The notes beneath the pieces are model-generated. The model searched no databases and was not told the origin of the DNA. It worked only from the letters and a program-made list of their open reading frames with translations. A stretch of DNA of 20,000 nt, taken from the sequence record DRR378314_409; one strand, 5' to 3'. Numbering within the stretch: the stretch's first letter is position 1; each line of letters starts with the position of its first letter. The translations under genes were made by a program, and so were the position numbers. This document shows, piece by piece, positions 9,032-17,478 of the stretch.

Positions 9032-9631
9032 ATGAGCGATAAGAAGTCGATTGCTGAAAAATCTCGATCCCGGATTCTAGACCAGGCCGCCCGACTGTTT
9101 CGCCAAAAGGGATATGCGGCAGTATCTTTGCGCGGTATTGCCGATGCGGCCGGCATGAAGGCAGGAAGCGTCTATTATCATTTCAACAGCAAGGATGACA
9201 TTGTCCTTGAAGTTCTGAACCTGGGGATCAGCAAAGTCCATCAGTCTGTTGAGGCGATATATGAGGATGGCAAGGATACAAATACTCCCGCTGAACTTAT
9301 CCAGAATAGTATTGCAGCACATTTGAAAGCGTTGCTGTCGCATTCAGATTATACCTCTGCCAACGTGCGAATTTACGGACAGGTGCCGGAAGCAATTCAA
9401 AAGCAAGCCTTGGAAGTGCGTAAAGGTTATGAGGGGCTATGGGACCAATTGCTGAATAAATTGGCCACTGAGAACGCGCTTCGTACCGATGTGGATCTGA
9501 AGTTTTTCCGGCTGGCTTTAATCGGCTCTCTGAATGCAACGCTGGAGTGGTTCGACCCTGAAAAAGGGGATGTGGATGATTTGGCTGACGTCTATGGCCG
9601 AATTTTACTGAACGGAATAATGAGAGACTAA
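9032..9631 (+). CDS. TetR/AcrR-family transcriptional regulator
   Basis: HTH ILDQAARLFRQKGYAAVSLRGIADAAGMKAGSVYYHFNSKDDI and C-terminal GSLNATLEWF. ATG 9032 has GAGGTG upstream. The longer start at 8894 would span the terminator and promoter. Confidence 0.93.
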   Translation: MSDKKSIAEKSRSRILDQAARLFRQKGYAAVSLRGIADAAGMKAGSVYYHFNSKDDIVLEVLNLGISKVHQSVEAIYEDGKDTNTPAELIQNSIAAHLKALLSHSDYTSANVRIYGQVPEAIQKQALEVRKGYEGLWDQLLNKLATENALRTDVDLKFFRLALIGSLNATLEWFDPEKGDVDDLADVYGRILLNGIMRD

Positions 9632-9632
9632 A

Positions 9633-11234
9633 ATGGTTGTGATGCAAAGCGCGATTGATCCGGACTCAGATCAATTTAAGGAGAATCAGACCTATTTCGA
9701 CGGATTGCTCGATCTTTGGCGAGAGAGAATGCTGCAAGCAATGTCCAGTGGTCGTGAAAATTTGAAGGAGCGACATCGGGAGCGTGACAAGCTTATTGTA
9801 CGAGAAAGAATTGACCGACTTGTTGATCCGGGCACCGCTTTCCTGGAGCTTTCCCCGCTCGCCGCATGGGGGCAGTATGGGGGTGACCTAGCCGCTGCGG
9901 GAATAGTCACCGGAATTGGTTGGGTGTCAGGAACGCCATGTGTCCTGATTGCAAATGATGCGACTGTAAAAGGCGGCTCTTTCTTTGCAGAAACGGTCAA
10001 GAAACATATCCGAGCGCAGGAGATCGCAGAAAAACACCGTCTGCCATGCCTTTATTTGGTCGATTGCGGAGGTGCCTATCTGCCCGAACAGGATCGGGTT
10101 TTTCCGGATCGCGACCATTTTGGCAATACATTCTACCGACAATGCCAGTTATCGGCTCAAGGTATACCCCAGCTTTCAATTGTCTTTGGAGGATGTACGG
10201 CTGGTGGGGCTTACATTCCGGCTCTTTCAGATCAGGTGATCATGGTTGAAGGGAATGCCCGAATTCATCTGGGCGGGCCGTCTATTGTGAAGGTTGCCAT
10301 CAACGAAGATGTGGACGGAGAAACCCTTGGAGGCGCGCGGATGCACACGGAAGTCTCCGGAGTTAGTGACCATCTGGCTGCAACAGAAGAGGAAGGGCTC
10401 GCCAGACTTCGTGACATCGTTGCAAAGCTGAATATGGAACGGAAAAGTCGGCCTGCCAAAGCGGTTGTTCAGGATCCACATTATAGCGGCGAGGAACTCA
10501 CCGGAATTGTCAGTCATGATCGTAAGATCCCATATGATATTCGGGAGATTATGATCCGCCTTGTTGACGGAAGTGACATTCAGGAATTTAAGCCTGACTG
10601 GGGAAGCAGCCTTGTTTGTGGGTTTGCCGAAATTTACGGAATGCCGGTTGGAATTTTGGGAAACAATGGAGCCCTTTTTTCGGAAAGCTCTTTGAAAGGC
10701 GCTCAGTTTATCCAGCTTTGTGATCAGCGAAATATACCATTGCTTTTCCTGCACAATATCACTGGGTTCATGGTTGGTACGGAGGCTGAACGGGGGGGGA
10801 TTGCCAAAAACTCCGCGAAGATGGTTTATGCCATGTCGGTTGCCCGCGTTCCCAGAATCTCTCTAATCGTTGGGGGATCCTATGGCGCAGGTAACTATGG
10901 TATGTGTGGCCGCGGCTTTAGACCTGATTTTCTCTTTGCCTGGCCGACGGCTGAAGTGGCAACCATGTCTGCCGATATTGCCGCGAACGTGATGCTTGAG
11001 CTTAGGCGCGGAAAACATGGTAGTGCTGCAGCAACGCCTGAAGAGCTGGATAAGATCGAACAGACAGTCCGCCAGCAATATGAGGAACAAAGCGATCCTT
11101 ATTATGCCACCTCACGCCTTTGGGATGATGGGATCATAGCACCGGCGCAAACACGGACGGTTCTTGCTCTTTGTTTGGACCTTATCAGGAGCACGCCGAC
11201 AGTTGATCAGTTTTCACCAGTTTATAGGATGTAG
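9633..11234 (+). CDS. Biotin-dependent acyl-CoA carboxylase carboxyltransferase (beta) subunit, methylcrotonyl-CoA carboxylase (LiuB/MccB)-like
   Basis: RERIDRLVDPGTAFLELS, ANDATVKGG, KKHIRAQEIA, VFPDRDHFG, CTAGGAY, GAQFIQLCDQRNIPLLFLHNITGFMVG, GGSYGAGNYGMCGR, YYATSRLWDDGII and C-terminal VYRM. Confidence 0.92.
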   Translation: MVVMQSAIDPDSDQFKENQTYFDGLLDLWRERMLQAMSSGRENLKERHRERDKLIVRERIDRLVDPGTAFLELSPLAAWGQYGGDLAAAGIVTGIGWVSGTPCVLIANDATVKGGSFFAETVKKHIRAQEIAEKHRLPCLYLVDCGGAYLPEQDRVFPDRDHFGNTFYRQCQLSAQGIPQLSIVFGGCTAGGAYIPALSDQVIMVEGNARIHLGGPSIVKVAINEDVDGETLGGARMHTEVSGVSDHLAATEEEGLARLRDIVAKLNMERKSRPAKAVVQDPHYSGEELTGIVSHDRKIPYDIREIMIRLVDGSDIQEFKPDWGSSLVCGFAEIYGMPVGILGNNGALFSESSLKGAQFIQLCDQRNIPLLFLHNITGFMVGTEAERGGIAKNSAKMVYAMSVARVPRISLIVGGSYGAGNYGMCGRGFRPDFLFAWPTAEVATMSADIAANVMLELRRGKHGSAAATPEELDKIEQTVRQQYEEQSDPYYATSRLWDDGIIAPAQTRTVLALCLDLIRSTPTVDQFSPVYRM

Positions 11235-11245
11235 GAGTGACACAT

Positions 11246-13249
11246 ATGTTTTCACGTGTACTTATCGCCAATCGCGGTGAGATCGCCTGCCGGATCATGC
11301 AGGCTTGCCGTAAACTGGATATCGAAACAGTTGCCATTTATTCGGATGCCGATCGATCCGCTCTTTTTGTAGAGGACGCTGATATTACTGTTCCTTTGGG
11401 GGGCGGTGATGCTTCTTCTACTTACCTGAATGTTGATAAAATCATTGCGGCAGCAAAAAAATGTAAGGTAGACGCCATTCACCCCGGATATGGGTTTCTG
11501 TCTGAAAATGCTTCATTTGCAGAAGCTGTTGAAGATGCGGGATTGGTATTTATCGGTCCCAAATCTCAAGTTATTCAATTGATGGGATCAAAAATCGCTG
11601 CCAAAACCAAAGCCGCTCAAGTCGGCGTTCCCATTGTTCCAGGATATCAATCAGATGATCAATCGGACAAGAGCTTACACGACGCGGCTAAAGGCATCGG
11701 TTTTCCGATCCTGATTAAAGCCAGTGCAGGCGGCGGTGGTCGGGGGATGCGTCTGGTTCAAAAGATTGAAGATTTTGCAGGCGAGCTCAGTCTGGCTCGG
11801 CAGGAAGCAGAAGTCTCATTCGGAGATCCTGCAATTTTGCTGGAGCGCTATGTGGAGGCTGCCCGCCATATTGAGGTTCAAATATTGGGCGATCAGCATG
11901 GAAACATCCTGCATCTCTTTGAGCGGGACTGTTCTTTGCAGCGGAATAATCAGAAAGTCGTTGAGGAAGCGCCAGCACCAAATTTACCTATGGCTATAAG
12001 AACTGAAATGCTCTCTGCTGCAGTACAGTTAGCTGAGGCGGTTCAATATCAAAATGCCGGAACAGTTGAGTTTATTTACGATCCAAACCGGCAGGAATTT
12101 TATTTTCTGGAAATGAATACCCGCCTTCAGGTCGAGCATCCGGTCACAGAGTTGGTAACGGGTATCGACATTGTTGAATGGCAAATTCGCATCGCTGCAG
12201 GGCAAGAAATTTCATTTCAGCAAACAGATGTTTCACTGAACGGATGGGCAATCGAGGCACGATTGGCTGCGGAAAACCCAGCGGAAGATTATATGCCACA
12301 AACCGGCCTGATCAAGCGATATCGGGCGCCGGCAGGGCAGGGTATCCGGATCGATACTGGCATTCAGGAAGGCAGCGAAGTCACCCACCATTATGACAGC
12401 ATGCTGGCGAAATTGATTGTTCATGCAGAAACCAGAGAGACTGCTATTCGCAAGTTGGATAAAGCGCTCCATAAATTTGAGATCGAAGGATTTGAAAGCA
12501 ACTTAAAATTCCTCTCCGATTTGATCCAGTTGCCAGCATTTAGCAACGGTACGCATACCACCCATCAGATTGAAACCGAGTATCCAGAGGGCTGGATAGT
12601 CAAAGAATTGGATCCCTCAATTCTGGGATTAGCAGTGTTGTGTTTTCATCAGCATAGATTGCAGTCCGCCCCTATCTGTCCATGGACAGATTTGGGAAGT
12701 TGGCGACTAACCGATGAAATAGGGGCCGGGGGTATATCTTTCTATTATTTGATGGGGCAAGACGGCGTTGCATCCGGCTTTCAGATTGAAAACCTGAAGG
12801 CCCAGTATTCGGTGCGGCAAGGGGCTGATGAAATAGTCGCGGGCAAGATTTTGAAGGCTGGCCCTGGTACTCTCACTCTGGAGATGAGAGATCACCGCCA
12901 CACCCTCACATACGAAGTTGTGGGCGAAACCGTCCATCTACAGTTCCAAGACCGAAGCTATGGATTTCAGTTTTGTTCTATGGAGACGCATTTGCTGGCC
13001 GGAACCAAGAACGCGGCCAAAGATAGCAATCAAATTATGGCCCCTATGCCAGGCTTAATTGTGGAGGTTCTGGTGCAGTCTGGTGACTTAGTTCAAGCAG
13101 GGCAGACTGTTATCGTTTTGGAAGCTATGAAATTGATGCAAAAGCTGACAGCGCCGATAAGTGGGGTGGTGGACACAATACCAATCCAACCGGGAGATAC
13201 GCCACAAAAAGGGAAACTGTTGCTTTCTATTGAACCGGTTGATGGCTGA
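11246..13249 (+). CDS. Biotin-dependent acyl-CoA carboxylase alpha subunit (biotin carboxylase plus biotinyl domain), LiuD/AtuF-like
   Basis: VLIANRGEIA, HPGYGFLSEN, KASAGGGGRGMR, RHIEVQI, ERDCSLQR, FLEMNTRLQVEHPVTE and the C-terminal APMPG...EAMKL biotinylation site. ATG 11246 lies 8 nt after AGGAG. Confidence 0.93.
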   Translation: MFSRVLIANRGEIACRIMQACRKLDIETVAIYSDADRSALFVEDADITVPLGGGDASSTYLNVDKIIAAAKKCKVDAIHPGYGFLSENASFAEAVEDAGLVFIGPKSQVIQLMGSKIAAKTKAAQVGVPIVPGYQSDDQSDKSLHDAAKGIGFPILIKASAGGGGRGMRLVQKIEDFAGELSLARQEAEVSFGDPAILLERYVEAARHIEVQILGDQHGNILHLFERDCSLQRNNQKVVEEAPAPNLPMAIRTEMLSAAVQLAEAVQYQNAGTVEFIYDPNRQEFYFLEMNTRLQVEHPVTELVTGIDIVEWQIRIAAGQEISFQQTDVSLNGWAIEARLAAENPAEDYMPQTGLIKRYRAPAGQGIRIDTGIQEGSEVTHHYDSMLAKLIVHAETRETAIRKLDKALHKFEIEGFESNLKFLSDLIQLPAFSNGTHTTHQIETEYPEGWIVKELDPSILGLAVLCFHQHRLQSAPICPWTDLGSWRLTDEIGAGGISFYYLMGQDGVASGFQIENLKAQYSVRQGADEIVAGKILKAGPGTLTLEMRDHRHTLTYEVVGETVHLQFQDRSYGFQFCSMETHLLAGTKNAAKDSNQIMAPMPGLIVEVLVQSGDLVQAGQTVIVLEAMKLMQKLTAPISGVVDTIPIQPGDTPQKGKLLLSIEPVDG

Positions 13250-13264
13250 TAAGGGAAATGAAGA

Positions 13265-14410
13265 ATGAAAAATAACGTGTATTTTAGTGAGGAGCATATG
13301 ATGCTCCGCGATCAGGTGAAGAGATTTATTGCCGAAGAAGTTTTGCCATATGGGGATCAATGGGAGACGGCAGGCATGACCCCTCGGTCCGTGATCAAGA
13401 AGATGGGAGAGCTTGGGTTTCTAGGTATTCAATATGATCCCAAATATGGCGGCGCAGGTCTGGATGTGCTGGCAAGCGCCGTCTATGCGGAGGAGCTTGG
13501 TAAATCTTCTTTCGGCGGCTTTGCGATTACAGCGCTTGTTCACACGGATATGGCCTCCCCGCATCTTGCCAATGCAGGAAACGAGGCACAAAAAGCTAAA
13601 TATATGAGCGATATTATCGCTGGAAATATTGTGACCGCAGTAGCCGTCACTGAACCGGATGCAGGTTCAGATGTGGCGGGGATCAAAACCCGCGCTGTTG
13701 AGGATGGCGATTATTGGGTGCTGAACGGAACCAAAATGTTCATCACAAACGGAGTCCATGCAGATCTATATTTTGTGGCGGCCAAGACGGATATGACTGC
13801 AAAGGGTTCACGCGGCATCACCATTTTTATTGTTGAAAAAGGAGCGGATGGATTTTCCGTCGGACGCTCCCTCGACAAGATGGGATGGAAATCCTCCGAT
13901 ACAGCCGAGTTGGTTTTTGAGGACGTTCGGATCCATAAAGATAACGTGTTGGGGGAGGTTAATCGTGGATTTTATGCAATTATGCAAAATTTCCAAAACG
14001 AGCGAACGGTCCTCGGCGCTCAAGCGCTTGGTGAATGCCAAAAGGCGTTGGAGCTAACCTTGGAATATGTGAAAGGGCGTAAGGCGTTTGCCAAAACGCT
14101 ATGGGATAAGGATGTTATCCGGCAGAGATTGGCGATGCGCCAAGCGGAGGTCGCGGCAGGTCAACAGCTCTTGTATCACGCGGCGTGGATGGACGCGAAC
14201 GACATGGAGTGCGTCAAGGAAGTGTCTATGGTGAAAGCTTATTGCGGTGAGCTTGTGAACCGGGTGATGTATGACTGTCAGCAGTTTCATGGTGGTTTTG
14301 GATATATGCGTGAAGCTCCAATTGAGCGGATGGCCAGAGATGCACGGGTGCATTCCATTGGCGGCGGAGCGACCGAAGTCATGCTGGAGGAAATTGCTAA
14401 ACGCTCCTGA
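13265..14410 (+). CDS. Acyl-CoA dehydrogenase (LCAD/AtuD-type)
   Basis: AVTEPDAGSDVAGIKTRA, LNGTKMFITNG, KMGWKSSDTAELVFEDV, FQNER (LCAD/IVD-position Glu), QFHGGFGYM and RDARVHSIGGGATEVM. Confidence 0.93.
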   Translation: MKNNVYFSEEHMMLRDQVKRFIAEEVLPYGDQWETAGMTPRSVIKKMGELGFLGIQYDPKYGGAGLDVLASAVYAEELGKSSFGGFAITALVHTDMASPHLANAGNEAQKAKYMSDIIAGNIVTAVAVTEPDAGSDVAGIKTRAVEDGDYWVLNGTKMFITNGVHADLYFVAAKTDMTAKGSRGITIFIVEKGADGFSVGRSLDKMGWKSSDTAELVFEDVRIHKDNVLGEVNRGFYAIMQNFQNERTVLGAQALGECQKALELTLEYVKGRKAFAKTLWDKDVIRQRLAMRQAEVAAGQQLLYHAAWMDANDMECVKEVSMVKAYCGELVNRVMYDCQQFHGGFGYMREAPIERMARDARVHSIGGGATEVMLEEIAKRS

Positions 14411-14448
14411 TTTCATATTCTCGCGGCCTCAAAAAAACGAAAACATGC

Positions 14449-14499
14449 TGGACATTCTTGCTGATGGCCGTCTAAAACCGGCTCAATTATAAATTATAA
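14449..14499 (+). promoter_or_regulatory. Putative bioY promoter with downstream AT-rich palindrome (possible repressor site)
   Basis: TGGACA (14449-14454), 17 bp spacer, CTAAAA. The palindrome TTATAA-A-TTATAA lies at 14487-14499. Confidence 0.35.
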
Positions 14500-14538
14500 C
14501 TTCGGTCAATTATCGCGACTGAGAAGGCGTCCTGTTAC

Positions 14539-15087
14539 ATGACAACTAAAGATATTGTCTATATTGCTTTGTTTGCAGCCTTGATGGCAGCCCTTGGTGT
14601 CGTTCCGCCCGTCCCCGCATCCGCGTTTGGTGTGCCGATTACGGCTCAATCATTGGGTCCTATGCTGGCTGGTGGTATCCTTGGTGCGCGCCGGGGTGGA
14701 CTTTCTATGACATTGTTCGTGGCGCTGGTCGCTTGCGGCCTGCCATTACTGTCTGGTGGCCGCGGTGGGCTTGGTGTTTTTGCAGGGGCCAGTGGCGGTT
14801 TTGTCGTCGGTTTTATTGTCGCAGCTTTTGTTGTTGGCTTAATTGTTGAGCGGTTCTGGCAGAATTTGAATATGTTCCATGTTGCCATAGCCTCTGTGTT
14901 TGGCGGAATTCTGGTTCTGTATGGTATAGGTGTTCCCTGGTGGTCCTTGGCTGCCGAAGTTCCTGTGATGGACGTTCTTAAAGGGTCAATGGTGTTCATT
15001 CCTGGTGACCTGATTAAAGCAGGGCTGGCAACGGCCATTATTCTGGTTACAAAAAAATCCTACCCGCTGATTACGAGAACGGCTTAA
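14539..15087 (+). CDS. bioY: Biotin transporter S component BioY
   Basis: MTTKDIVYIALFAALMAALG, VPITAQSLG, LGARRG, GLPLLSGGRGG, SGGFVVGF and FIPGDLIKA are BioY signature segments. Confidence 0.93.
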   Translation: MTTKDIVYIALFAALMAALGVVPPVPASAFGVPITAQSLGPMLAGGILGARRGGLSMTLFVALVACGLPLLSGGRGGLGVFAGASGGFVVGFIVAAFVVGLIVERFWQNLNMFHVAIASVFGGILVLYGIGVPWWSLAAEVPVMDVLKGSMVFIPGDLIKAGLATAIILVTKKSYPLITRTA

Positions 15088-15110
15088 GTTCTAGAAGGTC
15101 ACCTGAAGCG

Positions 15111-15788
15111 ATGATCAAGCTTGAGGATGTGAATGTTTCGCTTGATGGACGGGATATTCTGAAATCCATATCGTTACACCTGCAAGAGCATCGGGTTGGG
15201 ATTATCGGTCTTAATGGGTCGGGTAAAAGTACGTTTTCCCGCCTGTTAAATGGCTTGCAACTTCCCTCCTCGGGTAGCGTGTCTGTCGATGGCTTTGAGA
15301 CGAAAGAAGATGGCAATCGGGTCCGGGCCCGGGTTGGTTTCGTCTTTCAGAATCCGGATAATCAGATTGTTTATCCGATTGTTCGCGAAGACCTTGCCTT
15401 CGGCCTGAAGAATATAGGCCTTTCTAAAACCGCGATCCAAAGTGCGGTTGATCGGATCTTAAGCGAATACAAGCTTGTTCATCTTGGCGATCGTTTGACG
15501 CATCAGTTAAGTGGCGGTGAGAAGCAAATGGTGGCGCTCCTCGGTGTGTTGGTGATGCGCCCTAACTATTTGGTGCTGGATGAGCCGACAACACTTCTGG
15601 ATTTGCGAAATAAAAAGCGCCTGATGGATCATGTTGAGCTGCTGTCTCAAAGAGTGGTTATGGTCACTCATGATCTGGATCTACTGACAGATTTTGACCG
15701 GGTAATTTGTATCCATGAAGGTGAGATTTATGCCGACGGGAAGCCTTCCGTTGTTCTGCAGCAGTATCGGGAGCTGTGTAGCCGATGA
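15111..15788 (+). CDS. bioM: ECF-type biotin transporter ATPase BioM
   Basis: Walker A GLNGSGKST, Q-loop VFQNPDNQI, LSGGEKQ, LDEPT and THDL. Adjacent to bioY. Confidence 0.9.
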   Translation: MIKLEDVNVSLDGRDILKSISLHLQEHRVGIIGLNGSGKSTFSRLLNGLQLPSSGSVSVDGFETKEDGNRVRARVGFVFQNPDNQIVYPIVREDLAFGLKNIGLSKTAIQSAVDRILSEYKLVHLGDRLTHQLSGGEKQMVALLGVLVMRPNYLVLDEPTTLLDLRNKKRLMDHVELLSQRVVMVTHDLDLLTDFDRVICIHEGEIYADGKPSVVLQQYRELCSR

Positions 15789-16408
15789 CCGGATTTTATT
15801 ATCCTGCGCACTCCGTTATTCACCGCGTGCCTGCTGGCCTTAAGCTCTTGGCACTTGTGCTGTTAGGCACTTCGATTTTTCAGGTGGAACGGCTCGAAAT
15901 TTTACTTGGCGTTTCCCTGATTGTTCCGCTGCTCGTCTTTGCCGCAAAGTTACCACTCATAACGCTTTGGCGGCAGTTGCGACCAGCGATTTGGGTGTTG
16001 GGATTTATCTTTGCGATCCAGTATCTGATGATTGGGTGGGAGGTTGCACTGTTTGTCGTTCTCAGATTTGCGATTCTGATTTTGGCGGCGGGAGTTGTCA
16101 CTTTAACTACCAAAGTCTCCGAACTTGTTCGCGCGATCGAGACGGTGCTGCAGCCCTTTCGGCGCTGGATTAGTCCTGAGAAAGTCAGTATGGCCATTAC
16201 GCTTGCTATCCGGTTTATTCCGGTGCTTTCTGCCATCACTGAAGAGGTGAGGGCGGCTCAGAAAGCGCGCGGGCATGAGCGAAACGTCCTGGCAATTTTG
16301 GTGCCGGTTATCGTGCGAACTTTAAAGATGGCAACGGAGGTAGCCGAAGCGTTAGATGCAAGATCGTTTGCAGTTCAGGGCCATCACCGATCAGAAAAAA
16401 ATAGCTAA
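15785..16408 (+). CDS. bioN: ECF-type biotin transporter T component BioN (EcfT/CbiQ family)
   Basis: SVIHRVPAGLKL, LAIRFIPVL and two ARG-type motifs (AQKARG, ALDARS). ATGA overlap with bioM. Confidence 0.9.
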   Translation: MTGFYYPAHSVIHRVPAGLKLLALVLLGTSIFQVERLEILLGVSLIVPLLVFAAKLPLITLWRQLRPAIWVLGFIFAIQYLMIGWEVALFVVLRFAILILAAGVVTLTTKVSELVRAIETVLQPFRRWISPEKVSMAITLAIRFIPVLSAITEEVRAAQKARGHERNVLAILVPVIVRTLKMATEVAEALDARSFAVQGHHRSEKNS

Positions 16409-16881
16409 CCGGCCTGTTCGGCTGTCCAGGCTGCTAGTATGTCTCTGGCTTCTGCTGTTTTATCTTTGGAATGAGCGGGCTCAATCGGGGCGGTGAGTTC
16501 AATGACATATCCATTGGGGTCCCGGAAATAAATGGACTTGATAAATTCATGATCTGCGACACCCCGGGTTTCGATCCCGGCGGCTTTTCCTTTTTCAAAC
16601 ATGGCCATCATATCATCCATGGTTACCTCAAGCGCGATATGCAGGTCATAATCATGCTGTTTCTTAAATTCGAATGGATTGTCTGGAACTTCAAAAAAGG
16701 CGAGGGCGGAGCCATCATCCAATTGATAGAAACTATGTAATGCTTTTGTTTCGCGCCCGGTTTTGCTTTCCTTAATCTCAAACGCCCGGATAAGCGGTAA
16801 TCCCAGAAAGTCTTCGTAAAACTGACGCGTTTCCTCGGAATTGCGGCAGCGATAAGCGTTGTGATGTAGTCCCTTGATCAT
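16405..16881 (-). CDS. VOC (glyoxalase/bleomycin resistance/dioxygenase) family protein
   Basis: GLHHNAYRC...FYEDFLGL, LAFFE, LHIALEV and SIYFRDPNGYVIEL give the His/Glu/His/Glu metal ligand pattern. Confidence 0.9.
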   Translation of the reverse strand: MIKGLHHNAYRCRNSEETRQFYEDFLGLPLIRAFEIKESKTGRETKALHSFYQLDDGSALAFFEVPDNPFEFKKQHDYDLHIALEVTMDDMMAMFEKGKAAGIETRGVADHEFIKSIYFRDPNGYVIELTAPIEPAHSKDKTAEARDILAAWTAEQAG

Positions 16882-16917
16882 TGTCTTTACGTCCTTTTCC
16901 AGCGCAACCTCTTTCCT

Positions 16918-16946
16918 AATGTGAGGTCTTCAATAAGACTGGTCAA
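16918..16946 (-). promoter_or_regulatory. Putative sigma70 promoter of the VOC gene with a dyad in the spacer
   Basis: Minus strand reads TTGACC, 17 bp, CACATT. The spacer contains GTCTT-ATTG-AAGAC. Confidence 0.4.
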
Positions 16947-16976
16947 GACTATGCCAAGCATTGATGACGTTTTCCC

Positions 16977-17005
16977 TTGAGTTTCAGGTCGTTTTTCGTC
17001 ATAAC
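16977..17005 (+). promoter_or_regulatory. Putative sigma70 promoter of speD-speE
   Basis: TTGAGT (16977-16982), 17 bp spacer, CATAAC (17000-17005), an alphaproteobacterial-style -10 lacking the final T. Confidence 0.45.
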
Positions 17006-17052
17006 GCGGCCACAAATTCCTACTGAGCAATAGTGCTAGAGGCGTGGTCAGG

Positions 17053-17478
17053 ATGGCTAAAATTACAGAATTAAACCCTCTTGCCCAATCAGCAAGACCA
17101 GATGGTAAACCGGATTATTTTGTTGAGCGGGATGGGCTTGTCTTTGCTGGAACCCATCTCATCGTGGATCTTTGGCAGGCTCAGCAGTTGAACGATCCGG
17201 AATTAATCGAGAGAACCCTCCGCGATTGCATTATTGCAGCAAACGCTACGCTATTGCATTTTCATATTCATGCGTTTGAACCAAATGGCCTGTCCGGTGT
17301 AGCTGTGCTCGCAGAAAGTCATATCACATTTCATAGCTGGCCCGATCAAGGCTATATGGCACTGGATATTTTCATGTGTGGTAAAGCAGAGCCGCATAAA
17401 TGCATCCCAATTTTAAAGGCAGCCTTTCAGCCGGGGTCTGTTCAAATCAGCGATTTGAAGCGGGGAATAGTCGGATGA
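17053..17478 (+). CDS. speD: S-adenosylmethionine decarboxylase proenzyme (class 1B, SpeH-type)
   Basis: AGTHLIVDLW and GLSGVAVLAESHITFHSWP...DIFMCG, including the E-S-H self-cleavage/pyruvoyl motif. Coupled to speE. Confidence 0.93.
   Translation: MAKITELNPLAQSARPDGKPDYFVERDGLVFAGTHLIVDLWQAQQLNDPELIERTLRDCIIAANATLLHFHIHAFEPNGLSGVAVLAESHITFHSWPDQGYMALDIFMCGKAEPHKCIPILKAAFQPGSVQISDLKRGIVG

Noticed and set aside
17400-17474. Longer SpeE start overlapping speD
   Set aside because: The ATGA coupling at 17475 gives the normal SpeE N-terminus.
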